The notes beneath the pieces are model-generated. The model was not told the origin of the DNA and searched no databases. It worked only from the letters and a program-made list of their open reading frames with translations. A DNA stretch of 61,151 nucleotides, the filler included, from Basidiobolus ranarum (taxonomy: Eukaryota): assembly GCA_040143965.1 (NCBI GenBank). It is 2 parts of 2 records of this genome, joined end to end, with 100 filler letters (N's around TTAATTAATTAA, not from the genome) between each part and the next. Parts side by side here need not be neighbours in the genome. Positions count along the whole stretch, not along the records: positions 1 to 30,572 come from JASJQH010000098.1; 1 more part is not named here. One strand, written 5' to 3'. Every line of letters starts with the position of its first letter. Positions within the stretch are counted from its first letter, which is position 1. The position numbers and the translations under genes are program-made. Below, in pieces: positions 1 to 14,723 of the stretch.

Positions 1-68
1 ACAACTTGAGGAGATTGTTGAAAGTTGTTTTGAGGAGACACAACTTGAGGAGATTGTTGAAAGTTGTT
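1..68. repeat. 39-bp tandem repeat (about 1.7 copies visible) inside the SLA1 coding exon, encoding VVSPQNNFQQSPQ
   Basis: acaacttgaggagattgttgaaagttgtt occurs at 1 and again at 40. The period of 39 nt equals 13 codons. Confidence 0.85.
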
Positions 69-3000
69 CTGTTGTACAAAAGGTTGAGAATTGATTATTG
101 GAGTACTCTTTTGAATTGGTGATGCTACCATTGCAGCAGAATTGGGTGCAGAAGACCATGTGGATGTAAAATTGCTAGATGTCGATTTGAGCGCAGGGCT
201 TGAAGGAGTGGCAGTGGTTTCCAGTGAAAATGCTCCAGTGGTAGGAATAGGTGTACTATGAACGACAGGTTGAGCAACCATTTTAGTAGGTTCCTTCTTG
301 GGTGGTTCAGGATTAATAATCGACCCATTAGGACCCCACGCATCATCATCAAAACCTTGGGATGTGGTAGCCTTCTTCAATTTCTCTTGAGCGTTAGCTA
401 CACTTTCTGCAGTAATAGCCGAAGGAGCAGGCTTGGATGGGGTTGGACGAGTACCTGATCACAACCGTTCAATACTAAGCAATAACAAGAAATAAATTAA
501 ATCGAACAACGTACTTTTTCTGGTCAACTTATGACCTGAAGAGCCAGATAAGTTGAGACCAAGAGGTTGCTGAGCGGGTCTAGCAGCTCCATTTTCTCTA
601 GCTTGAAGTTCACGAGCCAATTGTTCATCCTTTTCGATCTGAAGTCTATTCTGGGAACGAGCAGATCCATCACGCATTTGGTGTACCTCTTCTTCCTGTT
701 CAAAAGAGAAATATACAGTTAGCAAGTTAATCTTATAGCTCCACTTAAAGATTCGGTAGATTGCATTCAGCTATATACCTGAATTTTACGAGCAAGCTCT
801 TCGTCGTGGTCAGTCTCTGGATGCGGAATAACACTTGTTTCACCAAAGCTAACACTTCTTTTGGGCTTCAATCTTGAAGTAGGGCTGTTATCCATGCTCT
901 TCACAGCCTTTAATATCCGGATAATATCTCCCTCAGCAATATGAAGATCCTTTAGAATTTCACGATTAAGGTCAGGGAGAATAGACATATCCATTCTCTC
1001 TGAATTAAAGGTTGAACTGTATTTAGAAGCAGCCTCAGTAGATATTCCAGCCTTGATGAAATATGCACGCCAATCAAACTGTGATTGATTTGAAGATGTC
1101 CTTTTTGGCACAGTGATTTTTCCTTCGTAGGCGGCAGCAGGGACTTCTTTCCCAGTGAATTCTTCGATAAAATATAAATCGTCTACACTCATCTTTTCCA
1201 GTGGAACAGCTATTTTGACTCCGTTTAACTTGTGTAAGTGAATCTTTCCATCCTTTAGTCCTAGGAATTCTGCCTCGACCTTGAATGAGCCACTACGATC
1301 AGACCACACACGTACTTGAGATGGGCGTGGTTTAGAAGACGATTGACTGCGAGGTTTTGGTTGCGAAGTTTGGTTCGCGTTAACGATCATTTGCAATGGA
1401 ATGTCATCAGTAGATTTTCTAGATTGCATCGATGGTCGGGCAGCTAACGGTGGTGGCATCTCAGGCAAAGGTTTTACCTTGGGATCGATACTTGCATTCT
1501 TTGGAGGTAAAGGTGGTGCATCGGGTTGAGTAGGAGAAGGAGCAGACCTTGCATTTGGAAGAGGTGGAAGTGGTGGTGGATTGCTGTCATTGACATACTT
1601 CTGAGTAGGCGTAGGTGGGAGAGGGGGTGGGGTATTTTCATCGGCAAATCTTTGAATAGGTACTGGTGGAAGTGGAGGGGGGATATCTTCGTCAGCAGTT
1701 TTTTGTACAGGCATTGGCGGAAGAGGAGGCTTCTCTTCATAAGCTTCTTGTTGATCGTCAACATATTGTTGTTGTTCGTATTCTTGCTGATTATATTCAT
1801 CTTGTTCATACTGTTGATCATCATATGGATATCCATCATCCAGTTGTAGATACGAAGCTGGAACAACACCCTCTCTCTCATTTCCTTGTTCATCAACTAT
1901 TTTACATCTCCACCATTCATCACTACTAAAATCATCCACTACCCAGACTTGCTCGTCGGCACGAAGATCTAATTCGTCATCATTTTGCGGCTCGAAGTCA
2001 TACAAAGCAATAGCTAATTTGGGTTCTGGGAGTTCGTCAACTGCCTCTGACTGTTCCAAATTTGATGTTTGATATTGGTCTTGATATTGTGGGTCTTCAT
2101 ACTGATCATTTTGGTGGGAAGAGGCTTGTTCGGGTGGAGCATCTTGGGCAAAAGAATTCTGAACTGCAGGTGGAGGTGGAGGTGCAACGAATTCCTGGAC
2201 CTGAGGAATTGGAGCCGCTGCTACGGTGAAAAATTTGGCTTTACATTCAGTTAATTTTTTGGATATCTTTTCAGCTTCCGATTTAGATCCAGCGTGGAAA
2301 TCGAATGATACAGCGTCTGCACCTCCGAATTCGATATAGACATGCTTAGTCTTGCAAGAAAAATTCAATACATCATTGAAGGACCATTTACGCACAGGTG
2401 TCTATTAAAGAGCAGTAAAAGGTAAAAGTAGAATTTAACAATCTGTAAAGAGTACATAGGAGAATACATGTAAATATTTGTTACTTTATCTGTTTCACTA
2501 AAGAAGAAGATTGCCTGTGAGCTAATGCCAAGTTTTCCTTTCTTCTTCTTTTTCTTTTTGTCTACTTCCTAATATTTTAAATGATTGGGTTTAAGAACAA
2601 TGATCTATCAAATTGAAGAATCTGTTTTAGAAATTCTACTATACCGAAACGGACCAATACTCCATATCCTCAGCTATTGCTAGGGATGCAGGTCTTGCTG
2701 CTTCTTTTACTGGTTCAGCAGGTGTTTGCTGAATAGGTTTAGGTGGTAATGGCTGTGGAGCATCCTGTGAGTTTTCAGAGTTTAACAAAAAGGGTATTTT
2801 AAGTTTCAAATATTAGAGACGAAGTACTTCATGATAATCTCCCTGGTGGGAATCTTCCAGTTCGTGTGGTTGACTATCCCCATCTTCGGCCTGAAAAAAC
2901 GAAATTGAGTTACTCAATTGTCGCGTCAAAAGGGAGTTATTTCTGAAGCAATACATACGGGTTCTAGATAAGCGGAGGGTACAAAACCAAACTTATCGCC

Positions 3001-3443
3001 TAACTTGACTAAGGCCCAATCTGGATCGTCTTTTTCAATCACATACATTATTTCATTTTCCCCAAAAGATAACTCCTCCTCTGTTCTAGCTTCATAATCA
3101 TATACGGTCTTGACCACTTCTATGTAGGGAAGCTAAATGTACAAGTAAGAGTTTTAATATAAGTCTCTATAGTGGTTGACTTGTGAGAGTGATCCTCTTG
3201 TACTAAAAAGGCAGCTCTATTAAATAAAGAGGAAAGTGTGACTTGTACCTCTTCTACGTAAGTACTAGGAATTAAACCCTTCCTTCCTTCTTCCTCCATT
3301 ATAGGGGACTTCTCTTGGGCTATCCACCACTCAGGATCTGAAGTGTCTTTGATGTAGAGAACATCGTTTTCTTGAAAGGATAATTCTTCATCATCTTGAG
3401 CTGTGTAGTCGTAAATCGCTCTACATACATTTACGTAAGCCAT
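1..3443 (-). CDS. SLA1: Sla1 endocytic actin-cytoskeleton adaptor (3 SH3, PH-like, SHD1, SHD2/SAM); multi-exon, 3' end runs off the window
   Basis: ATG at 3443. SH3 domains AIYDYTAQDDEELSF, VYDYEARTEEELSF and ALYDFEPQNDDELDL. SHD1 motif RVWSDRSGSFKVEAEFLGLKDGKIHLHKLNGVKIAVP, SHD2 motif FDWRAYF...EGDIIRI, and FDDDAW in the last visible exon. GT-AG introns join ORFs 3120-3443, 2926-3117, 767-2395 and 459-725. Confidence 0.93.
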
Positions 3444-3972
3444 ACTCTTTACAACTCCTATTACACTGGTAGATTAAAGAATAGATGGGAAGTGAGATTC
3501 AAGTTAATGAGTGTGTATGAAATAATCTCAAGAGAGTTGACTGGAGAGTTTACACTCAATGAAACGGTATCCGAAATGTAATCAGTTTGATTAAATGACC
3601 CAAACTTCACTTTCTCAGGGATATTCACAATGTGAATGCACTAGTTGCTCGGTTCCGGTAGACAAACCTAAATATAGACCCGAGCAAAATATGGGTAAAG
3701 ATATTTCAGGATCAAGAATCGATGAGACTGTAGGAGATCTGATCATTATTGACCTGACTGCTCACATGGACATGTAGTCTGTATGACCTCAGATCAAATT
3801 TTATTGAAAATTAACGAAATCTCAGAATTCTATGATTTTTTTGGGAGAGATTCATTGAACCTCGATGAATAAAAGATTGAAGAGTACAACCCTGAACAAA
3901 CGAGTGGGCTCATATCTATTATATATTTGTCAACTTTACATTGGGGCTCTATTGTAAAAAATCACGCGGGGA

Positions 3973-5412
<1,440 letters not shown>

Positions 5413-6989
5413 TATGAGAAAGTTTATATGCTTGTATATGACTTTACTCAGTAACCGAGATATCAATTATCACAAGAACCTGAAAGGAAGTCAAGGTACT
5501 CGGAAATTCCATTTAAGTGACAAAAAAATTATTCCACCAATATCCCAACAGATTCCTTTTAGAATTCAATCTAGAAGACTGTCGCTGTCACATTAATCAT
5601 CAAAAAGAATTTTATTGCTATTGTTGATTAAACCATTGAAATAAGGATTTCTACTATATAATTCATTTGTTTACTGGCACATGTGTACTCATCCATTTCC
5701 TATAACTAATGTCTAGAATTACGAGAGTTTGTTGTGTTAAATGATCGAAACAGTTCGAGCTCCCTTGGGATATCCTCAGTGGGCACAAGTCCTATTGAGA
5801 ATGTCCTAAAGAGCATCGTCTCACTGCCTCTTTCATGCATTGGCGAGGCACTAGATCCAAAGCTTCTTCATAAGTGGCCTGAGGAAATACTCAATTAGTA
5901 TGGTGAAAGTAGAATACATCATTCCGTAATATAAAATACCAACCCATTTTCTACGACGTTCATTACTTTCAGGCCAGTTCTCTTCCAAAGATTGAACGTG
6001 CATTTCAAAAAACCTAAAGGAACATGGTGTTTTCTTTTGAGTCTCACACCAAACACCCAAAAAGCCCACTATAGATCCTTTAACTCCGGCTAGAAAAAAT
6101 ATGAACTTAATATGATTTTGGAGGTGGAGTGGAGCGTAAGAGAGGTTCACCTTCTTCCCAGCATTCACGCATTGCTGAAGTTTCCTGGTCTTCATCGGAC
6201 TCCCAACCGCCTTTAGGCTACGTCCATTTATATGATAAATTATGTCAAAAAATATTTTTACTACAACACTGAAAGCAAAAAGTAAACTGTACCAAAATCC
6301 ATCGCGAAGGGTGTTTACGACTTGAGATTAACAAGATCCGTTTGTTATTCACATCGATTGGGACGCAGCCGGTGACCTAGTGTTCATTTGAATAGAAGTG
6401 TTAGGTGGGTCTTGATACATGACTAAACACTCTTCGTATTGCAGAAATATACGAACTACTCTAGCTCCATTCTCGTCATAGATTTGCTTATCTCTACCGG
6501 TGCGTGCAGTTGCTTCGTGCTTCATAGGTTTAGGTTTTCCTGTTCAATATTTAATTCTTATTATTATGATAATCGTGATGAGGATTCGTGATAAAAACCG
6601 TAATTTACATAAATAGATTTAGGGTCTATAAAGCATATTGATAAATTTGTTTGGGCACTAACATGTGACCATGAATCAATCTCACGCTATGAATTAATAT
6701 CGTAAATATTTATCACACCTCACAGATTAGCGAGTATGAGTGGCTTGGTAAATAAATATACTGAGAGGGTAAACTGTTAACATAGCGAAGTTTATTGATT
6801 TGTAATTCTATAAATATGGTGACGTCGAAATCTACTGCTTGTAAAAATTCTGATGAATATCAGCACGGTCATAATCCATATTCCCACAATGAGTGAGTCA
6901 AGGGCACAAGTGACACTCCTATCTGCTAATAAATTGAATGAAAAGTTGCCGAAAGGAACTTTACACACATAAACACCAGTACGCTCTTC

Positions 6990-7664
6990 ATGAATTCTAA
7001 AAGTTCTACAGGGAAGCTAATCCACTACTATTTTGATTATGTTTCTCCTTACTCTTATTTAGCTTTGAAGAATCTTCAGAACCTTCTACGTGGTAGTAAT
7101 CATAAACTTATACTAAAGCCCGTATTTCTACCCAACCTGCTTAAACACTGGAAACAATCCTCACCAGTTGCAAACGAGGCCAAACGTAAATGGATAATTA
7201 AAGACTCATACAGACATTCCTCAATGAACAGTATACCTTTCCGTTTCCCATCAACTCATCCATTCAACTCGATATATGCTTTGAGAGCCTCAGTACCCGC
7301 TGCAGTTGGCGATAAACAGGAGGAACTGGTGAATATCTTGTTCGACTCAGTATGGAATCCTGACTCAAGTTTGGTTGATGTCACCAATAAGACTGAGTTG
7401 AGTTCATTTTTGAAAGAAAACGGTTTCTGGCAGTCAAGCGGGAGTGATGAAAAGATAAAGCAAGAGTTAGAGGAAAATACCCAAGAAGCGTTGAAATTGG
7501 AAGTTTTCGGAGTTCCATCCATGGTTGTTGATAACCAAGTGTTTTGGGGATGTGATCAACTTCCTTATGTCATGGAGACCCTGCAAGGTAAGGACCCTTT
7601 GAACCATGAGGAAGTCAAAGAAAGATGTAGAGTATCGTTGGAAGCCCTCAAAAATTCATCTTAG
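6990..7664 (+). CDS. DsbA-family / 2-hydroxychromene-2-carboxylate isomerase-like (GST kappa class) protein, intronless
   Basis: 224-aa ORF with YYFDYVSPYSYLA, LKPVFL, FRFPSTHPFNS and ENTQEALKLEVFGVPSMVVDNQVFWGCDQL, the typical HCCA-isomerase/GST-kappa motifs. Confidence 0.88.
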   Translation: MNSKSSTGKLIHYYFDYVSPYSYLALKNLQNLLRGSNHKLILKPVFLPNLLKHWKQSSPVANEAKRKWIIKDSYRHSSMNSIPFRFPSTHPFNSIYALRASVPAAVGDKQEELVNILFDSVWNPDSSLVDVTNKTELSSFLKENGFWQSSGSDEKIKQELEENTQEALKLEVFGVPSMVVDNQVFWGCDQLPYVMETLQGKDPLNHEEVKERCRVSLEALKNSS

Positions 7665-7847
7665 ATGTCACATAAGCCCGTACAAGTTTTGCTACATCTT
7701 ATTTTCAGAGAAACTCTAAATTTCAAAGTAATCGATGGATTTACTATTCAAAAACACACTTGAACCCACGTATCAATAAATTAACATTTATCAATAGCAA
7801 TTTATTATATATAAGAAATTCAGAGCATACACAAGGATATACAACAT

Positions 7848-10292
7848 TTACTCATCCACAATCTCTTCTGTCTCTTCGATAACTTCTTCAATCCATTCCT
7901 CAATGGTCTCGTAATTCTTAGTATCAGTGTTTGTCAGAGTCTTACCACATTTAGCTCTTTCTTCAGCAATTTCAGCCTCCACACGTCTTCTCCAAGAATA
8001 CCATTCTTCATTGAGTTTACGACGTTGTGCAACAACTGCAGCTGAAACAGCATTCTGTGAAGAGAGATCTTCTTGATCAAATTCACGTGAATAGTCCTTC
8101 AGATTCTTGCGAATCTTCTTCTTTTGCTCAGAGCTGAGTAACGATTTGGGTCTAGGTCTCCACAGAATCTGTTTGAATTTGTCCAAGACTTTCTTGAACA
8201 ACATATTCCCCTTGAAATCCCAAATAATGAAGCCATTCTCCATAGTGTGTCTCCACATACTAGCACTGGTCAAGACATATCTACCAGTCGGGTCCCATTC
8301 GATATCGGTTATTCCGTAGTGCTCCTGGGTGGATACGAGGTTGACATATGCCCCTGGGTCATTAAGATTTCCTCCTTGTTCCTTTTTGCTTTCAACCGGC
8401 TCAAAATCCATATCATAAAACTCCAAATCCCATGTAGTTTGAGTGCGTAGTGTAGCCAAGACAAGATTGCGTCCAAGTGGCGACCAGACCAACGCATTTG
8501 CAGTCTTTCGTTCGAATGTTTTGATAAGTTTGAATTCGGTAGTGGGAACCTTGCCTTTACCCTTTTCCATTTTGTAAAAACTGACGCTCGTTCTAGGTGT
8601 ATTGGCTGTAGTGCCAGTACCTGATTGGCCAGCTGCGGTGGTGCTAGTATCAGCGGTGGAGATGATACCGAATCTTGGCTCACTTGCTGGCTCCCATGCG
8701 AACGCAATGACCGAATCGGGCACTTCGATTACGTCCACAGGAATATCCTTGTCAACCACTCGGAAGATCTCCAAGTTGGTGAAAGAAGATTTCTTGGTTT
8801 TTGTGTGTCGGTCCGCTTTGACACAAAGATAATTTCCATAAGGATGCCAGTGTAATTTACATCCATTGACGTTGAACAAGTTCTTCGTTCGAATGATTTC
8901 TCGGTTAGGGAAGTTTACTAATGTAACTCTGGCGGGTTGATTTCCAACCTCTGGTGTCCAATATGCGATAATATCGTTTGATTGCTTTTGGTTGTTCCCT
9001 TTTTGACGTCTAGCTGGAGCCCATTCAAAATCGGCGACTCCATCGACTTTCATACTTTTTTTATCCACTAATCCCATACTGGGCACCTCATACACAGAAA
9101 TCATCTGGCCCGGAGTAACTCTAGCAAAGTATTTCTCCGTGGGTGACCATTTAAACATGGGCCAGTTGATCTTCGTGGGTCCAGTCTTGTCACCGCCCAT
9201 CGAGATACTAGGGAAAGAGCGTAAAAGTGCCCCTGTTTTAACATCCCAGACCAATACTTGATTTCCCTCATCTTCTGGGCCAAATGGAAGTGATGCGTTG
9301 CTTACGGAGGCATTCAAAGTGATGGGTTCGTTACTCCAAGTAACCACATAGTTTTCGTCAGGAGAGAAATCGATCAACTTAACTCCTGGATGCACAAATC
9401 GAACTATTTTGCTCCAACTTTCACCACCCCAAAGTGCAATTCCCTGACGATGGAAAGTTACAAGATATGAGCCTACAGGAGACCATTGTACATACGTCTC
9501 CGTCCAATTCTACAAATAGTCATCATGAACCATCCAAATCTTTAGTATGTATACAAAAATCACTCATCTATGAAGTAATTGAACTCACAGGTCTACTATG
9601 AACATGCTCCGGAGCTTCCGTTTTGCAGTTCCAATAAATACTAACTTCCTCGCCTCTGTACATAACCATTTGGTCACGTGCCTGAGGATCGGTAAGCCAT
9701 GAGCGGAGATGCTCCTAAATGGGAAAAGTAAGGAACAAGCGTTTAAATAATGCATTCAGATAATCAGTTACCTTTTCCTCAAAAGGTTCAATTTCAGGTT
9801 CTTTATACTTGTCATCCATTTTAGAGTATTTCTCGATATCTGTGAACTTATTCACAGATAAGATGTGTGTCTTATCCATAGAATAATTATTCAAATTCTT
9901 GATAGCTAAAGAGGCCTTTTCTGGGTCATCCATCTCGACAAATAGAAAACTATGGAAAGGAAATGGTTTCGTAAGTCAAGTTTGGAAATATAATATGCAT
10001 TGGTCGTCGATATATACCCTTTGGACTTTTTCTTTCCCGACTTTGAGTCCACCTCTTTAGGCATAAAAATAGAGCCCTCCCTAATGTTAACACCGGCCGA
10101 CTTGAATATTTTACCAATAACTTTGAATAATTTGTCTTCCTTCGATTCGTCCACAATGGGTACATTGTCTACGACAAGAATATTTTCGAAGCCGTCGTCA
10201 CCATCGACAGAGTACTTTGCCTCGATGTCAGAGAAGTCAATATCTTCTTCTGCATCAGGTAGATTTCGAGGATCCAGAGCTTGTGGTGGCAT
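7848..10292 (-). CDS. PRT1: Translation initiation factor eIF3 subunit b, 4 exons
   Basis: N-terminal RRM (ILVVDNVPIVDESKEDKL, KSKG-FLFVE), WTETYVQWSPVGSY, HPGVKLIDFSP, RTKNLFNV, DIEWDPTGRY, ENGF, WRPRP and IRKNLKDYS. Confidence 0.96.
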
Positions 10293-10856
10293 GATGGTTT
10301 CTACTGTAATAAAAGACCAAGATAGAGGACTGCTTCAAATGGTGAAGAAAGATATAGGGAGAGTGTGTACGTCAGTGACTGTTCAGTTTGATGGGGTGAA
10401 ATGGCATCAAATGTATGTACTCTCACCGATTATACTAAGAATCATCTGATTGGGTTACAACCCTTTTTACTCATGCTAATTTGGTACATTAGGAATTCCG
10501 ACCTAGTTTTCATGCTACTAATGGATGTGGCTTGGCTACACACCATGGTGATGGTAATGGTAGTGATATTTTGGGATAAACCCAGATTGATTTCGCATTA
10601 ACCAGAATTTACTTGACTAAAACTTGATCAAGATAGATATGCTTTATATATATATTTTATATACTGAGAACAATGTCTTTTCAAGATCAATGTCAAACGA
10701 GATATTGAAAATGGTTTATTAGTAGTCAAGAGTTTACAAGCATCAAACCAGGTCTAAGGGGAATCACGAATGGATCTGCTGATTACAGAGTGTTTGAGCA
10801 TAGAGGTAATCAGGGGGTGGAGAGGGAGTGGGAAGTAGAAAATATGAAGGAGTCAC

Positions 10857-13800
10857 TTAGTAAGGCTTCACCATATCCTTGTAATAAAACTCATTAAAGT
10901 CCAATCTTAATCTCAACGATTTCAAGTATTCGTCATGTCGATTGGACAAGTTGTCAATCAGTGAGGAAATATGCTCCTAGAAACCTGGTGGTTAATAAAC
11001 ATGGTATTTGCATGGAAGTGGATGTTGATCCTTACTTTGAAAATATGCGAAACTTCAAATAGTTCCGCACGTATAGGAATTAGCTCTTCATCCTCCAGTT
11101 CCAAATCAGAATCCTCGTCTGAAAGATTCGCTGCCGATCTTCCGGGTTCGACAGTTGTTTGTGTATATCTGTATAGCTTGTCCTAAGTGGTGGATATACA
11201 TGCAATATCATCAGTTTCGCAGTATCAGAAAGTATTCAGAAGGGCAACATACCTGAACATGACGGAATCGAAGCATTGTTTCGAATATTTGACTAAGAAG
11301 CTTCAGGATAACTGACTGATAACAAAGTAACATGATTTGATCCATTAACACCATCAATGCTGTTCGTAAATTAAGGAAACATTCTTACTTGAGAGGACTC
11401 CAAGAAAAGTCTATTTGTAATTCTGTTCAGATATGCATAATGTGCATTGATCAGAGAGTCAAGGTCGCCTGATTTACTCTGTACAAACTTTTGTAAGTCA
11501 TCCCATGAGCATTCCAAAACTTCAAAGAGTACATAGCATTGGAACTGGTAGATGAAATGGATCATCTCTTCACAGATCAAGTAACTCTGTTGGAACTCTG
11601 GACGGATTTCTAGAACAACAATCAAGTCAGTATTCACGCGGTGGCATCCAAGTAACACCACGTCCTACCAGATTTCTTCCGTTGATTATGAGTGCATGTG
11701 ATCTGTCGACGCCATCCATCATTTAGGGTGAATTCCACTCGCTTTAGCCTCCACAAGAATTTGAAAATCTTTGAGTACTGATCCATAGCTTGCTTGGTGA
11801 GGATAGTACTAATGGGCGAATCCACATAGTAAGTCATGTTGAAGCTACTCCAACCATCTCCATCCGCTTCGTCATCATCCTAATGCGAATTAGCCATAGG
11901 TTTCATTAAGAAATGGTAAAGTATGAGTACCTTGGAAACTTCAGCAATCAAACGGTGAAGAATATCGGCATCCTCGTACTGAGCATTCGAGCCGCGAATA
12001 GCTCCTTCCAGTATAGAGGATAGATTATGAGCGTATATGGATGCGACAGGCTTTGACAGCTCGGGCCTAGAATAAACATTAGTACTCGAGATGCTTAGCG
12101 ATGCAGCGTAGGAAACTCACATGATGGACTCCATGAGATAATGGGCGAAATCTCCCTGAGAAAGGAACACATAACGCTTCAGCGCTAGAAGCTGTGTCTC
12201 CAATTTAAACTTGTCAAAGAGCACCTCCAAGATCTTCTTGTTGATCAGATCGTATGTTTGATCAATGCGAGATTCAATGAGAGTCATATCACTATATTTA
12301 AGGTCTATTGGATGATCGAGGTCAATTCATCGAAGACTGTGCATTTCACTTCAATATGTGCTCACCTTCCGTATCGTTTGCTCTCACTTGATTGTTCATC
12401 AAAACCTCTTCTTGACAGCTGTGACGGATGAAATTCAAGGATTTACCGATGGAGAAGATCTAATAAGATGGTTTAGAATGTATATGCAGCATCAAGTGGT
12501 AACAGATTCACCAACCTTCTTGGCCAATTCATTACTTATGAATTCGGGAATCATGTTAGACCGCATAGTGTATTTCTTTTGCCAAAGATCTTGTTCGGTA
12601 AAGTCCGATTGGGCAACAAAGAACTCCTCATACGGATCTTCCAATTCTCCTTCGTAAATCCAACGATGAAGCATGTGAAAGAAAGGACGGGAAACCTATG
12701 TCGAGATGTCAATGATTAAGGCCGAAGGCATAGCAAGTGGGACAACTTACACTGTCTAGAATCTGATTGATAAACTGCTGTACAAATGGATCTCCATGAT
12801 CACCGAATGAGAATATCCTTGATACAAGTTCACCTCCAACAAACCCTAGAACAACAAAATACGGTTAAGTCTGAGTCCTTAATCTCAATACTGTGAGCAT
12901 TCGCTTGAGTACCTTTGCATGATTTAACTAGCATCCACATTAATTGCAACTTAAGGTATGGTTGGCGAGTCCACATATATAGTCGCTGAAGGGTTAGCCC
13001 TTTGGTCGAAATATTATCGTTAACATCCTCTGAGGATTTTGGCAACTGAGCTTCTAGCACCGCCACCAATTTATAATACTCAGAAAGCTCGCTTTGTAGA
13101 GCCGAGCAAAGGCTCTGCGGAGAAAAATCATCAAAACTCCGTTACAGGTGAAATATAGATCAAATATTTACCTGTTGAACGAGTCCACCGTAGGTATCTA
13201 CGTTCTCTTTAATATAGTTTTGAACATCGACGCATAGAATTCCAATCTTGCATATTTTCTCAGTGATTTTACGCCACGAGTGAGGAACTGATATCTATGT
13301 ATAAAGTTTGAATCAGGAAATGTGCTTGCACTTCCACTGATAAATTCATTCCAACCTTTTCATCAATCTCAAATGATGTCCGATTTGGGTCGTATTTGAG
13401 GTAACTGCCACTAATTCCTTGCATGACATAAATAATATCGCGTAGCAACAACGGCTCCGAAATATGTGCTTGATCGGAATTGGAAACTATATTTCATTGA
13501 AATTAAGCCGAGAACTGTAGCACCAGTCAAAGAATAAATGTGCACGTCTTACCGGTTGGTCGAGGATTAACACGCTTCTCGATTGGAAGAGCAGTCGACA
13601 AAGTTTTGCTGAAGTTATCAAAAGAGTTGGTTGGGCGAACGGTCTGATTAGACATGTACGATTCTTCAGGTGTGGCGACTGAAGAATTATTTAACGGTAG
13701 TAGAGATTTAGGAATACTCTGTACATAAAATGGTCAATCAGCTATGACCTAGTCGTAACATAAATAGTTAAACTCTCACCGAAGATTGAAATACTGGTGG

Positions 13801-14335
13801 TTCCTCTAAATTGGATTGTTCACTAACTAAGTGCAGGAAACCTAGAAGTTCACTTTTACGGGAAACTTCAGACTTTTGAGGAGAAATATTAAGGAATTTA
13901 GTATCATTATACTACAACTAAATACAGATTCAATGACCTACTCGCGATACAAAAAGATTCAAGAGTCTATTTAACTCTAAAGATTTCTGGTTATCTCCAA
14001 GATTAGCCACTTAATAAAGAAAGAGTAAATTCGTGGACAAATAACCAAAGTGTCAAATGTATATTGTAAACTAACCCTTCCTCCTCATCTTTTCAGTTAT
14101 GTAAGTATCGTTTAAAGAATTTCCAGGTAGTCGACTGTTTGAAATATTTTTAAGGAAGAGGTAATGGCGAAGGAGACATTGAATAAAAACAATAATACCT
14201 TCCTAATAGACGAGTACATAATCTAAAAGTACGAGAGCTAGCTGAGCGACGATCCTCAGGAACATATAAAGAGACTAACTCTCGTAAAGTACTCACAATG
14301 AGATCTTCTTTAGAATGAATAACTTGCATGCCCAT
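10857..14335 (-). CDS. SPC98: Gamma-tubulin complex component 3 (Spc98/GCP3), many short exons
   Basis: Spliced reading gives LLRDIIYVMQGISGSY, QSLCSALQSELSEYYKLVAVLE, GLTLQRL, HGDPFV, WIYEGELEDPYEEFFV, GKSLNFIR, FLSQGDF, GAIRGSNAQY, GWSSFNMTYYVDSP, YSKIFKFLWRLKRVE, FEVLECSW and C-terminal LRLDFNEFY. TAA at 10857-10859. The exact exon set is hand-assembled. Confidence 0.88.
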
Positions 14336-14723
14336 AATTATTCAAGGAAGAACATCCAAATAATACCAAGTTGATTTTGTTAAATGTACTTACTCAAATC
14401 AAAGTAAACAAACAAAAATAATCGAATTTTCATTCTTGTTCGATATCTGAAAAATTCGATTACGATAAATTACCTGATACACGACTCAAGAAAGAGTTGA
14501 TTAAGCATTACTCAACTGGATTCAATAAACGGGTAATCTAAGCATTTTCACACTAGGACTAATATTAACTACTTATTTTTGCTACAAAAGTAGAAAGTGT
14601 ATTTACTCTGAACTAATCAAATACTCATAAATTTTTTAAACGAAAAACATCTGAATCTTAACCTTTCTCTGAATAGCTTCTTGTCAGTTTGTTAAGGGCT
14701 CTTCACAATAAATAGTTACTTAA

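Noticed and set aside
1-68. Direct repeats that might suggest a CRISPR array
   Set aside because: There are only two adjacent copies with a codon-multiple period, inside a eukaryotic exon, and no unique spacers or cas genes.
1474-2254. Alternative-frame and antisense ORFs within SLA1 (and similar ones within eIF3b, G6PD, YCF1, SRPK and DES1)
   Set aside because: They overlap well-supported genes, mostly in low-complexity regions, and have no independent coding signal.
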